A stretch of DNA of 55,449 nt from the NCBI GenBank assembly GCA_963575745.1, contig CAUYUJ010000157.1, positions 62,001 to 117,449 on the forward strand. The letters are read 5' to 3'. This DNA is from Prorocentrum cordatum. Lineage: Eukaryota. Made by a program: the position numbers and the translations under genes. Under the pieces are notes generated by a model, which saw only the letters and a program-made list of their open reading frames with translations, made no database searches and was not told where the DNA came from. This document shows, piece after piece, positions 1 through 12,919 of this stretch (positions are counted from its first letter, which is position 1; every line of letters begins with the position of its first letter).

Positions 1-99
1 AAATACACACAAATAAAAAAAATATTCCCCTATTTTCCTGTACTTTTGGGGTTTTCGTCCTCCCCCCCACTTCCCATATATGTTCTGGGGAATCGACGA

Positions 100-2340
100 T
101 TAATTGTGTCTTTGTGTTTTTTCCCTTCCTGACAGCAGCCTTGTACAGTAGGGGCGAGAGAGAGAGGCCATGCTCTCACTGTCCGTTGCGATGAGCGCGT
201 CCAGATTGGCCTGAATTCCGGCCTCTCGTGGATCTGTCTCGGGGCAGGCTCTCGGCTGCACGCAAGAGCGACCCTGGGTAAGAGTGACCTTTGGTGCGCG
301 GCTTTTTGTGGGCCGCGTGGGGACCAAACCTGGGCGTGCAAGCCGTTGCTCCTGCTTCGTTTCAGCCATCTGGGGACCCATCTGTGCCCGCACCAAAGGT
401 CACTCCGGTGAAAGGTCACTCTTACGTCTGGTCGAGGCTCGACTGCCTCATCTTCGCGAAGCCGGTGTCGAAGTACCAAGCGAACGGCAGCGCGGTCGAA
501 AGCAGTAGCTCCAGGCAGCCGACGGCAGCGGTGAAGCGGAACAACTGACGAGACATACCGTGGCTGCGCGCGTCGCAATGCCGAATCTCCGCCTGGCCCT
601 GCCGCGACACTGTCTTTACACACTTTCCCCAAAACAATAATAGACGCCGATGGGAGAGCTGAGGCCGACAACGAAATAGGGGCTACCGTGGCGACACCAC
701 TGCGAGCATGATGTTTCCTTACTTCTTCAAAAGACCCAAGCGCGAGAATCAGGAGCCACCATGGTCATGGAGATCCTGAGCTCGTCGATGTCCTGGCGCG
801 CCTCTTGAACGACAACGATCGAGCTCGATATGCCAGACTTGTGGAAGTATGGTGGCTTTCGGTATAGCCATCCACCCGCGAAACTGAAGGGGGACACGAG
901 CATTCCACGCAACGAAAGCGATCGTACCAGGCTTGGGTGGAGGCCCACCTTCGAATTTGTGGCGGAAGAGCCCTTCAAAGACGCTGAAGAGACCACTCTG
1001 GCGCCGCAGTCGGCCCGATGACAAGATTGACGGTCTTGGTCAGGTGCTCCCAAGACCATCCACACTGCACCAGAACTGCCTCGTGCTACACAATAGCGTG
1101 TGGTGTGGCCGCGTCCAGGCCGTGGCTCCAGCCGAAGGATCGGGCTCCGACTTTCTGAGATCCAGCCATTCTGCCTGTCGGAGAAGAACTTGTGGTCGGT
1201 GTGGCGTTCGCGAAGGAGGCGCGTGATCTTCTTGCCAACGACCTCCATGTTCACTTGGCGGGTGCTCCTGTCTGGAACGACGTGGGGTTGCGCAGAGCCA
1301 CCAGGCGCAGCCGGCACGGGGAAGCGGACCCATTGACCTCCCCCAAAGAGACGGAGAGCCGCCAGCGCCTGCTGCACCCTTTTCCCAACAATGCCAGTCG
1401 CACCTGCGAACTGCACCGAAAATATCGTGTCCATGTCCCCGCCACCAACCGCGAAGCCACTCGCCAGCAGTCTTGGGCCACGCCTCGACGGGGGCGGCCA
1501 CGCCCATCCTGCGCACCATCGTCGGGGCCACCACCTTGAGGATCGTACCGTCCACGTCCTGCTTGAAGGGGGTGGGTGGCATCCATACGTGGCGGCGGAG
1601 GAACACGATTGGCCATGACGAGCTCGTTCCGCGTCTCGTCCATGGAAGCGCGCGTGTCGTCGATTTGCCTGGCGTGGTCAGTGCCCCTGATGTCCAGCGA
1701 GCCAGCCCTTGCAGTGACATTGACGATCTGAGCTTGGATATGGCGCTCGGTGGAGCTCGATGTCGGGCCTAATCGATTTCCCAATGTTTTTTCTGCATAA
1801 GCTGGGACTGTTAACGGGGGGCATCCAGTGCTTTGGTCGCAGCATGGGCGGGAGATGCTGCACCGTCAGCAGATATCAGAAACTGCCTTGGCGTGTCCCG
1901 CCATGAGCTCGCCCAGCTCGGCTTTGATTTCCGTGATCTTGGAAGAGAGCCGTGCACCAATGTGTCCTGTAATGTACAGGGTCCCATGAGTTCGGGTCCG
2001 TGCACTCGTCGCTGTCATCGGATGGGGAACGGCCACACCTGGAACAATCATCACCCCGCCCTTGCGAGCCATCTTTTGGGAGACTGCGACTGGGAGCCAT
2101 TGCTGGCCTTGGCTGCCTTCTTCTTGCACCTGGCGAGGGCATCTGGCATGCGGCTGGCGGCAGACAGGGCAGCGGGAACTGGAGATGCCTCAGTCTGCCC
2201 ACTGCCCCGTCCGCCGAGCTGGACGGCAGGCCACGCTCCACCAGGGAGCTCACCCGAGAACCGAGGCCTGGCCGCGGATCGGCGGTGTCCACTGCGCGCC
2301 CCAGGGAACCGGGCACCTCGAGCCAACATGGCTATACGGA
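100..2340 (-). mobile_element. Decayed LINE (element A): SL-capped 5' end, ORF1 and start of APE endonuclease; low-coordinate boundary approximate
   Basis: Frameshifted APE motifs (IAFVAWNARV near 900-925; IVVVQEAR near 800-820). ORF1 segment VVPDRSTRQVNMEVVGKKITRLL resembles the ORF1 end of the element at 33.6-38 kb. Confidence 0.75.
2317..2340 (-). other. DinoSL relic at the 5' end of element A
   Basis: Minus strand reads TCCGTATAGCCATGTTGGCTCGAG versus canonical DCCGTAGCCATTTTGGCTCAAG: one TA insertion and two substitutions. Confidence 0.8.
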
Positions 2341-2458
2341 ACGAGCAGGAGGCAGGATCGGGGGGATCGGAAGGAAGAGGAGAACACCTCCCTCCCCTCC
2401 CCCCCAATCCCGGGCCGCCGCGGGGCGAGCGGCGCGCGGGCCCGCCCCTCCGCGGCTC

Positions 2459-2523
2459 CTGTGCGCCATCATGGTGCTGGCGGCCAGGTCGTACTCGTCG
2501 TAGTGGCTGTGCAAGAACACGGC
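2459..2523 (-). CDS. CHC: Clathrin heavy chain exon, last in window: AVFLHSHYDEYDLAASTMMAH; 3' boundary uncertain by a few nt
   Basis: Matches [21 protein letters not shown]. AG acceptor 2525-2524; probable GA donor at 2458-2457, but the next exon is not visible so the phase cannot be confirmed. Confidence 0.88.
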
Positions 2524-2559
2524 CTCTCGCGCCACCACCGCCGCCACAGCAACGACCAC

Positions 2560-2820
2560 GGTCATCATCACCACCATCACTTCCATCACCCCCACGACCC
2601 CAATCACCCCGTCACCACCGTCAGCCCCATCGTCCCCATCCTCAGCCTCATCATCTCCGACACCCCCATCATCCCCATCACCCCGATCACCCCATCACCC
2701 CCGTCACCCCCATCATCATGACCGCCACCATCATCAGCAGCAGCAGGAGCAACATCATCATCCTCATCCTCATCATCATCCTCATCATCCTCCTCCTCCT
2801 CCTCCTCCTCCTCCTCCTCC

Positions 2821-2899
<79 letters not shown>

Positions 2900-3350
2900 C
2901 ATCCTCATCCTCATCCTCATCCTCATCCTCATCCTCATCCTCATCCTCATCCTCATCCTCATCCTCATCCTCATCACCACCGTCACCGTCATCAGCATCA
3001 GCATCAGCACCAGCATCAGCATCAGCATCATCATCATCATCATCGTTGTCACCATCACCGTCGTCGTCTCGTCTCGTCGTCGTCGTCATCGGCATCGGCA
3101 TCCACATCGTCATCATCATCGGAGCTGTAGTCGTCGCCCAAATAAGAATTATCGCCACCACCATCATCATCATAATCATCATTACCATCATCACCATTAT
3201 CGCCATCATCGCCATCATCCTCATTCTCATGATCATCATCGCCGTCTTCGTCTCGCCGTCGTCATTGTCAGCGTCATCGTCATCGGCATCCACATCGTCA
3301 TCGTAATCGGAGTCGTCGTCGTTGTCGTCGTCATCATCATTATCATCAGC

Positions 3351-3414
<64 letters not shown>

Positions 3415-3814
3415 GTGTCATCATCATCATCATCATAGTCATCTGCATCACCACCATCATCGGCGTAGTCTTCGCCGTCTTCTCGTCGTCATCATAGCCA
3501 TCGGCATCGACATCCACATCGTCATTGGCATTGTCGTCGTCGTCGTCATCATTCTCATTACCCTCACCAATCGTGATAATCATTATCAGCATCACCGTCA
3601 TCACCATCGTCATCATCATACGCATCCTCGTTATGGTCATCGTCATCATCCTCATCAGCATCACCATCATCATTAGCATCATCAAAATAGTCGGCATCTG
3701 TATCATCATCGTCATCATGATCATTATCATCGTCATCCTCATCATCATCGTCATCATCATCACCGTGGTCAACATTATCATCATCATCATCATCAGCATC
3801 AGCATCAGCATCAC

Positions 3815-3846
<32 letters not shown>

Positions 3847-3853
3847 CCACCAC

Positions 3854-3884
<31 letters not shown>

Positions 3885-3913
3885 GTCATCATCAGCATCA
3901 CCATTACCATCAC

Positions 3914-3975
<62 letters not shown>

Positions 3976-4000
3976 GCATCAGCATCAGCATCATCATCAT
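2560..4000. repeat. Long compound (CAT)n/(CCT)n/(CGT)n microsatellite; further (CAT)n tracts at 7325-7400 and 28785-29130, and (GAT)n at 51775-52085
   Basis: Directly visible; it produces the poly-I/M/D/H/S ORFs in the track. Confidence 0.97.
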
Positions 4001-4313
4001 ATTCCTTCCCCATCTGTTCCTTCTCGTTGTTCTTCTCCGCCCCCATCAACCTCCCTCACCTCTTTTCCAGATCACGGGCAGGGAGGGGAGGGCGGGGGAG
4101 GAAGGCGGGGAGCGCGGAAGGAGGAGCCCGACGACCAGCGCGGGGCGACGGACGAGGCGGCGCAGGGAGAAACGGGGGGGGGGGGTGGGGGGGAGGACGA
4201 CGGGGGAGGAGGGAGGACGAGGGACGAGGAGGAAGAGCAGCAGGAGGGCGAGAGCTGGGATGGAGGACTGGGCGGGAGGCGAGCCGAGGGCGATGGGAGG
4301 GCGAGCCGAGGGC

Positions 4314-4373
4314 CTCCTCCCAGAGGTAGTGGCGCTCGCACGCGTTCGTCAGCTTCGGGATGTTGAGCTTCGC
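4314..4373 (-). CDS. CHC: Clathrin heavy chain exon (60 nt): AKLNIPKLTNACERHYLWEE
   Basis: Matches RVNIPKVLRAAEQAHLWAE. AG acceptor 4375-4374; GC donor 4313-4312. Confidence 0.93.
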
Positions 4374-5754
4374 CTCGGGAGCCGGGCGGGCTGCGACGGC
4401 TGCGCCGGCGGCGCCCCCGTGATTGCCCTCGTCGGCTGCCTCCCCTCTCCTCGCGCTGGAATCCCTCCTCATCCTCGTCCTCCTCCTGCTCCTCCTCCTC
4501 CTCCTCCTCATCCTCCTCCTCCTCCTCCTCGTCATCCTCGTCCTCCATGGTCCTTCCAGTCTTCGTCATCCCCACGCTCCTCTCTCTGCTCTTGCGCCTT
4601 CCCCTTCTCCCCGTCCTCCTCCTCTTGCCCCTTCGTACTCCTCCTCCTCATACTCGTCGTGACCCACATCATGGTATCATCCTCCCGCTCTCTCGCCAAC
4701 ATCCACGGTATCCTCCTGATCCCAGTCCGCATCGTCGTCCGCCACCGTGCCTCTGGGCACGGAGTGGGCGTGTCCTCAGATCTTTGCCGAATCCTCTGAG
4801 CCTCAGTCCTCAGTCCTGAGGTTATGCTGCTCCCATCGTACTGAAGGACCACATCCCAGAAATCATTTCGAGCTCCCAGGAAAGTGTCGAAAGGGTGTCG
4901 AAAGCGTGTCGAAAGAGTGTTTCCCAGGGCCCGACACGTGAAAACCCTCGAGCTTTGGGGTGCGCTCGAAATTCTTTCTGGTGACGAGGAGGAGGAGGAG
5001 GAGGAGGAGGAGGAGGTGGAGGAGGAGGAGGAGGAGGAGGAGGAGGAGGAGGAGGGGGAGGAGGAGGAGGAGGAGGAGGAGGAGGAGGAGGAGGAGGAGG
5101 AGGAGGAGGGCGAGGCAGGCTAAAGGTAGGTTGGACCAGAATGATCCCGAGGGACCTCTCGGGGCCCCGGCGCCCAGCTTCTCGGACCTCTCTCTCTCGG
5201 GGCCTCGTCGCGTGCCCCCCGGGGGGGGGCTTGTCGCGGCCTCCGCCGCGCGAGCTCCGTCGTGCCCCGACGAGGGCCCCAAGACTGACCCAGCCTCGAA
5301 CTGATCCCTAGCCTCGAACTCCTCCTCCTCCTCCTCCTCGCCCTCCCTCTCCTCCTCCTCCTCCTCCTCCTCCTCCTCCTCCTCCTCCTCCTCCTCCTCC
5401 TCCTCCTCCTCCTCCTCCTCCTCCTCCTCCTCCTCCTCCCTGAGAGTCCCCCGAGGTCGCCAGTACTAGGGAGCCCACACAGGACGTACGCGCCCAGCTG
5501 TGTACATGAACACGGCCCCTCGATCCGCGAGGCTGGCCGCCTTATATATACGAGCATCTGCGCAATGCGTACTCTCGAAACCGGCGTGGATTCATGCACG
5601 TGTGCGTCCTTCTTTCGCTCCTGAAGATGGGCGAGCACAAAGCGAGGACAATCTTAGGGATAGGCCCTCAGAAACGGATGGGAATCCTTCAGATCGGCAT
5701 CGAGGTGAGGTGATGTCAAACATAGGGATAGGGATATGTTTCAAACTGGTAAAA

Positions 5755-6270
5755 GACGGGCCAAGAGGGCCCCAAGAGGCCCCCAAGACGGACCAAGAGA
5801 AGCCCGAGACGCCGAAAGATCGCCCCGAGACGCCAAATCTGGTCCCAAAACGGCCGAAGAGGCCGCCTAGGCGCCCCAAGAGGCCTGCAAGAGGCATCCC
5901 AGGAGGGCCCCAAGCGGCCAAAATCAGTGATTTCAAATTGTTTTTGAACAGATTCTGGCGTTGTCGCCATTTCGGATTCCCGACGCTCGCAGACGGCCCT
6001 AGTGACTCCCAAGACTGGCCTAAGACGGCCCAAGAGGCCTCCAAGAGAGCCCCAAAACGGCCCAAGAAGGCCCCAAGATAGGCCAATAGACAATAGACGC
6101 CCAAAACTGCCCAAGAGGGCCCCAAGAGGGCCCCCAAAGAAGCCCAGACGAGGGAGCACACACCGAAAAAGCGGGTCTTCCGCCCCAAGAAGGCCCCAGG
6201 AGGCGCCCAGGACGCCCAGGCCCGGAGAGGCCCCCGAGAGGCCCCCCCAAAGCCCCCCAAAAGGCCCCAA
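5755..6270 (+). repeat. Dispersed (GGCCCCAAGA)-like repeat family; reverse-orientation copy at ~25905-26520, others at ~6985-7130, 28310-28450 and 49335-49500
   Basis: Degenerate 10-11-bp CCCAAGA/GGCC units with shared internal blocks. Confidence 0.75.
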
Positions 6271-6290
6271 ATCAATCAAAAGCCATACGC

Positions 6291-6455
6291 TGAGGTCGGG
6301 CGTGTCCCCCTCCAGGCGGACTTCGGACAAAAAAAATGTTAAAAAGCACTCCAAAAAGAATCAAAAATAGCCGAGCATTCATCCACCAATCGTCCCCAGA
6401 CCATTTGTTGACTGTTTTTGCATGTTCCTCCTGGTGAGGGACAGGCCCGACGTAT
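6291..6455 (+). mobile_element. Diverged solo copy of the 160-bp MITE
   Basis: Both TIRs and internal AATCGTCCCCAGAC present; flanks CCATACGC / GCCTACGC resemble a decayed TSD. Confidence 0.75.
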
Positions 6456-7217
6456 GCCTACGCCGGAGCGCGTGGGCGAGAAGAAACGATGCCGGCCTCT
6501 CCCCTCCGCGTTGCGGGAGCAGCGGCACGCCGACCGGTTGTCTGGCGACAGCGCGTGCGGGCGGAGGGGGAGGGGAGCGGAGCGGCGGGGAAGAGCGGGC
6601 AAGGGGGCTGCGCCAGCTCACACAAGCCACAGATCACCCAAACAGTGCGGATCTGCATTTCCAAGTTCTTTTACTCTCTCCATTTTGAAGCGTCGCGCAG
6701 GCACTCCAAGAATTCATCGGGGATCTTCTGACCCGGGTCAATCCAGACCCGGGTCAGCAGAAAACAAAAAACTGCAATGCAGGAAAAAAAACTGCAACGC
6801 AGGTCTTCGCAAACCCGGGGCAGCCAATATGCGCGGCCGCCTCGCGGCCACGAGCGGCTCGCTAACCCGGGTCAGCCAGAGGGGGTCTTCGCAGGATCCT
6901 GCAGGATCCGGTGCCCTGGCTGACCCCCGTTTGCACTGACCCCCGTCTCTTAGGCCCCGAAGTTCCCCTGTTGTGTTGAAACCAGCCAAAGAGGCCCCCA
7001 AGAGACCCAAAGGAGGCCCCAAGAGATCCCCAAACGGCTCCCAATAGGCGTCCAAACTGCCTCCAAGAGGCCCCCGAGAAGCTTCCCACGAGATCCCAAC
7101 GAACATCCAATAAGCTTCATACCCACAACCAGGCACGGTGGCGGGATGGGCCGACGGCCCGTCTCCTCCACTGCCTCTTCCGCCTCATCCTCAAAATCCT
7201 CGTCATTCCCCTCCTCC

Positions 7218-7250
<33 letters not shown>

Positions 7251-7323
7251 TCGTCGTCGTCCTCCTCCTCCCATATTACCTCCTCCTCCTCCTCCTCCTC
7301 CTCTCCTCCTCCTCCTCCTCCTC

Positions 7324-7401
<78 letters not shown>

Positions 7402-8161
7402 CCATCCTGTCGAGCCCGCTGTGCTGCTGGAGGATGAGGGGAGGGAGGGAATGCGGAGGGGGGCAACGGGGTAGGATAACGGGAAGGAGCTGCAAACCAT
7501 GAGTAGCAGCACAGGGCGCAGGATGAACGGGAGGAGCTGGACCAGAGGGGGCAGTAGGGAGGATGGTGAGGAGGAGGAGAGGAGGAGGAGGAGGAGGAGG
7601 AGGAGGAGGAGGAGGAGGAGAGAGAGAGAGAGAGAGAGAGAGCCGGAGGAGAAGGAGGAGGAGGAGGAGAAGGAGGAAGGGAGGATGAAGAAGGGCAGCA
7701 GCAGCAGCAGCAGCAGCAGCCGCGCCAACACCGGAGGAGGAAGAGGGGATGAGAAAGGGGCAGGAAGTGGAGAGGGATGCGCTGGAGGAGGAGCAGCAAG
7801 AAGCAGCAGGGGCAGAGCGAAGGAGGAGGATTGAGAGGAGAAGGTCGAGGCCGAGGAGGAGAGACATAGCATCTCCCACCTCCTCCTCCTCCTCCTCCTC
7901 CTCCCTGGCATGCTCCCTCCCCAGACCCCCTCGCGTGGCGAAAAAATTACGACGCGAGGATTTTCTTCATTTTCGGCCTCCGGGGGCCCTCACCGGGCCT
8001 CGGGGCCGTCGAAAAACGACTCGGGATGAAAAACCGGTCTCGAGGAAGGGGTCCAGACTTCTGGGGGTCGACGTTGTGAAAAGTCACGACGTCGGGGGTC
8101 TGGGTCTTGCCTGATCATTACTGCTACTGTTCCTGATCTGTTCTGCCAGCGGCGACATGGC

Positions 8162-8220
8162 CGTGTTCATCTTGATGAAGTCCATGAGCTTGTCTGGCTT
8201 GTACTTGGCGAACAAGATGC
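8162..8220 (-). CDS. CHC: Clathrin heavy chain exon (59 nt): GC + ILFAKYKPDKLMDFIKMNT
   Basis: Matches ILYSKFKPQKMREHL. AG acceptor 8222-8221; GC donor 8161-8160; phase agrees with both neighbours. Confidence 0.92.
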
Positions 8221-8414
8221 CTGACGCGACGCCGCCAGCCAGTAGAGCGTATGGGGGCGAGACGTCCAGCCACAGGCAGGAAGGGGAGGGGAGAAGACCT
8301 CCTGTCAAAGAGGATCAGCGGGGAGCGAGAGACGGCTGCACTCGAAGGGGGAAGGCGCAGCAGACTCACACGATGGGAAAGCCTGCTACAGGAATTGCCT
8401 AGGGCACAATTGTT

Positions 8415-9085
<671 letters not shown>

Positions 9086-9146
9086 AATGAGAGATCTGGG
9101 CGGGACACCTGCTGGCAGGCCGATCTGTCGAATAGAGCGCCTACTG

Positions 9147-9463
9147 TTGAGTCGGGCACGTCCTCCTACAGGCGGGTCTGAGAGGACAGATTTTGACTAG
9201 TCAAGTCATGCTCGAACGTGGGCAAACATAACCCGAGAATCGTCCCCAGACTATTCTTGGACTATTTTTGAATATTCCTCCCGTAAGATAGAGGGCCTAC
9301 TGGTAAGTCGGGCACGTCCTCCTACAGGCGGGATTGGGAGGACAGACTTTGAATAGTCAAACCATGCTCAAACGTGGGCAAAGGCAACCCGAAAATCGTC
9401 CCCTGACTTTTCTTTGGCTATTTGTTCGAGTTCTCCTCCCGTAGAGGGACACGCCCGACTTGA
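9147..9463 (+). mobile_element. Tandem dimer of the 160-bp MITE; first copy lacks most of its right TIR
   Basis: Two ~156-bp units starting GTCGGGCACGTCCTCCTACAGGCGG near 9151 and 9307. Confidence 0.75.
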
Positions 9464-9665
9464 CCCTGCGTTGCAAAGAGGGGCGCGGGGCGAGGCGGAG
9501 GAGGAGGGGAGGGGAGGGGGGGGGGCATGGCGACCTCCGTCCCCGACTTCTGCGAGCGAGCCTGTCGACCAGACCCAAGAAATGAGTAGCCCAACACAGG
9601 TACAGATGCCATGGGGGGAGAGGGGGGGCATCTTCGACAGGGATGCGACCGACCAGTCCCCTGTG

Positions 9666-9890
9666 TTAGATGCTCGTTCTGGGGACAATCCTTGAGCCAC
9701 TCGCTCCACTCGTGCGTCGAAGCTGCGTCGAACCCAAGTCGAACCTGCGTCGAACCTGAGTCCAACCTGAGTCGAACCTGAGTCGAATCTGAGTCGAACT
9801 TGAGTCGAACTTGAGTCGAACCTGAGTCGAACCTGAGTCCAACAGATCCGTCAGGTGGGCCGCAGGAAGGTCCCCAGAACGAGCATCGAA
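9666..9890. mobile_element. 225-bp MITE with 21-bp TIRs enclosing an 11-bp tandem repeat
   Basis: TTAGATGCTCGTTCTGGGGAC / GTCCCCAGAACGAGCATCGAA (20/21 complementary); flanking direct repeat CCTGTG; internal (GTCGAACCTGA)n at ~9716-9840. Confidence 0.8.
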
Positions 9891-10498
9891 CCTGTGCGTG
9901 CATCCCCGAGTTCCCACTCTCTGCTGAGCGGCCTGATTTTGGTGGGGGGGGAGAACTTGGGGACCAGGGGCGAGAAGCCGCCTGCGAAGGAGAGGAGAGG
10001 AGGGGGGAGGAGCAGCAGTAGCGCATCGCTGCGCAGGCGGATCGCCGAGGGCGGAGGCGGAAGCGGAGGGATGTGCGGACTCCATCGCAGGCACTGCACC
10101 GCAAACGTTCCACCGGCAGCTCTCGTGCACGGGCCAGCAGCTGCAGCATCGCCGCGGGAAGGGCACGACAGAGAGAGAGGAACGGGGTGCCGCGAGGGAG
10201 GAGCAAGACCAGGAGGAGAAGGAGCTGAAGAGGAGGAGGAAGAGGAGGAAGAGGAGGAAGAGGAGGATGAGGACGAGGAGGAAGAGGAGGAAGAGGAGGA
10301 GAAGGAGTTGAAGAGGACGAGGAGGACGAGGAGGAGGAGGAGGATGTGGAGATGGAAGGGGAGGAAAGAAGAAGAGGAGGACGGGGGGAAGCAGAAGAAG
10401 TGGAGCCAATGGACAAAAAAACGCTTCGGGATGCCAGGTCGTTCTTGGCATCGCTGCCGCTGGAAGTGCGCGCGTGGATGCTTGTGTTCCTTGCCAGC

Positions 10499-12465
10499 AA
10501 GTGACTTTGAGTCGGGCGTGTCCCCCCACAAGGGAATTTTGGACGGGAAATGCAGCATGCCCCAGAAATGCTAGAAAACAAAATGCTCAAACAATCATCC
10601 TCAGACTATGTTTTGACTATCTTAAAATATTCCTCCTGCGGAGGGACGTGCCCGCGTCGAAGGTAACGTTAAGTCGTGCCTGTCCCCCTACAGGCCGCTT
10701 TTGAACGAAGAATAAGGAATAGTAAAAACAAATAACTTCAGAATGGCCAAACATGCTCAAACAATCGTCCCCAGACTATGTCTTGACTACCTTGGAATTT
10801 TCCTCCCGCAGAGACACGGGCCCGACTCGAAAGGAACTTTAAGTAGGGCCTGTCCCCCTACAGGTCGGTTTTGAACGAAAAACGAGAAATCGGCAAAAAA
10901 ACACACCAAAATTACCAAAAATGCTCAAACAATCGTCCCCAGACTATGTCTTGACTATCTAAGAATATTCCTCCTGCAGAGGGACGGGCCCGACTCGAAA
11001 GTAACTGTAAGTCGGGCCTGTCCCCCTACAGGCCGATGGACGAAAAATCAGAAATCGGCAAAACATACCCCAACATGGCCAAAAATGCTCAAACAATCGT
11101 CCCCAGACTATGTCTTGACTACCTTGGGAATATTCCTTCTGCAGAGGCACGGGCCCGACTCGAGAGTAACTTCAAGTCGGGCCTGTCCCCCTACATACAG
11201 GACGATTTTTGACGAAAAATACAAAATCGGCAAACATACCCCAAAATAGCCAAAAATGCTCAAACAATCGTCCCCAGACTATCTTCTTACTACCTTGGAA
11301 ATATTCCTCCTGCAGAGGGACTTGCCCGCCTCGAAAGTAACTTTAAGTCGTGCCTGTCCCCCTACAGGCCGATTTTGAACGTTTAAAAAAACCAGACTGG
11401 CCAAAACATGCTCAAACAATCGTCCCCAGACTATGTTCTGACTATCTGGAATATTCCTCCTGCAGAGGGACGGGCCCGACTCGAAGGTAACTTTATGTCG
11501 GGCCTGCCCCCCTACAGGCCGATTTTGGAGGAAAAATAAAACATCGTCAAACAAACTCCAAAATTGCCAAAACATGCTCAAAGAATAGTCCCCAGACTAT
11601 GTTTTGACTATCTTGGGAATACTCCTCCTGTAGAGGGACGGGCCCGCCTCGAAAGTAACTTTAAATCGGGCCTGTCCCCCCACAGGCCGATTTTGGAAGA
11701 AAAATAAATAAAATTGTCAAACAATACCCCAGAATGGCCAAGAATGCTCAAAACATCGTCCCCAGACAATGTCTTGACTATCTTGGGAATTTTCCTCCCG
11801 CAGAGGGACGGGCCCGCCTCGAAAGTACCTTTAAGTCCGGCGTGTCCCCCTACAGGGAGATTTTCGACGAAACATTTTTTAAACAAAAAAAACCAAACTG
11901 CCCCAAAATGGGTAAAAAATACTTTAAAATAGTCCCTGGACTATTTTTTTTTTTTATTTTTGGCTACTCCTCCTGCAGGGGGACGGGCCCGCCTCGAACG
12001 TGCCTCGCCGGCGCAGCCCGGCCTCCGGCCAGCGCGCGTGCCCGCCTGCGGGCGCGCCTCGCGGGCCTGTCCCCCTGCAGGGGGATTTTGGACGAAAATC
12101 CAAAAATACCCCAAAAATACTCAAAAGATGCCTAGTAAAGACAAAATGCAAAATACCACAAAAAATACAAAATACACCCCAAAAGTAATCCCCAGACTAT
12201 GTTTTGACGACTACAGGGGGATTTTGGACGAAAATCACAAAATACCCTAAAAATACTGAAAAGACCCAGACTAAATTTGAGACTCAAAATGCGAAAAAGA
12301 TGCTCAAAAATACTCGAAATACTAATACATACCCAAATGCCAAAATTACAAATACCCCAAAGATATTCAAAATATTAAAAAGATACCCAAATATACAAAA
12401 AGTCCCCAGACTATGTTTGGACTACATTTGAATATTCCCACTGTAGAGGGACGGGCCCGACTGAA
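10499..12465 (+). repeat. Satellite of ~10-11 head-to-tail copies of the 160-bp MITE separated by an 8-bp spacer (consensus AAGTAACT)
   Basis: Units start near 10507, 10669, 10839, 11007, 11172, 11341, 11492, 11661 and 11831; junctions read CCCGACTCGA-AAGTAACT-TTAAGTCGGG; internal motif AATCGTCCCCAGACTATG. Confidence 0.9.
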
Positions 12466-12546
12466 GCCTAGGCGGCGTTTTTCGCTTTCGGTCTGTTTTC
12501 GTTCTCCTCCGTTTCATCTTCAATCCGCAAGTACAGGGCCTCGTTA

Positions 12547-12899
12547 CAGGTCGTTAGCTGCCTCGATACGCAACACGCAACACGTAATCGTATTGATACG
12601 GAGCTCAACACGTGCGCTGGACGCGCAGGTCTGACGCGATACGTTCGCCAAAACGTGGGCCAATACGTGGAGCCAACACGCAGCGTATTGACACGGACGT
12701 TTTGAACACGGCACGTGTTGCGTATCAAAACGGGCGTACCGAGGCAGCTAAGTACAGGGCTGCACCTTAGCGGCGCTGTTCGTTTTCGTTTTCGTTTTCG
12801 CTTTCCTTCGTTTTGTCTTCAAGCCGCCTTCACCGCAAAACGAAGTCGGAACGAAAACGGCCCGCGAAATCGCAAAACAACCGTTCAGGTCCAGCCCTG
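12547..12899. mobile_element. Composite MITE-like insertion, CAGG...CCTG, flanked by 8-bp direct repeat CCTCGTTA
   Basis: CCTCGTTA at 12539-12546 and 12900-12907; two internal inverted-repeat modules (about 12554-12751 and 12754-12899). Confidence 0.6.
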
Positions 12900-12919
12900 C
12901 CTCGTTAGAAAAAGAAATG

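Noticed and set aside
1833..4799. Long poly-Ile/Met/Asp/His ORFs (also those at 28.7-29.8 kb and 47.5-49.1 kb)
   Set aside because: Stop-free frames of trinucleotide microsatellites within clathrin introns.
9691..9699. TGGCTCAAG on the minus strand as a further SL relic
   Set aside because: Only 9 nt match, upstream bases do not resemble the SL, and it lies inside a MITE.
10499..12465. CRISPR-like array (palindromic repeats with AT-rich spacers)
   Set aside because: The apparent spacers are homologous to each other, there are no cas genes, the context is eukaryotic, and the monomer is a MITE with TSD-flanked solo copies.
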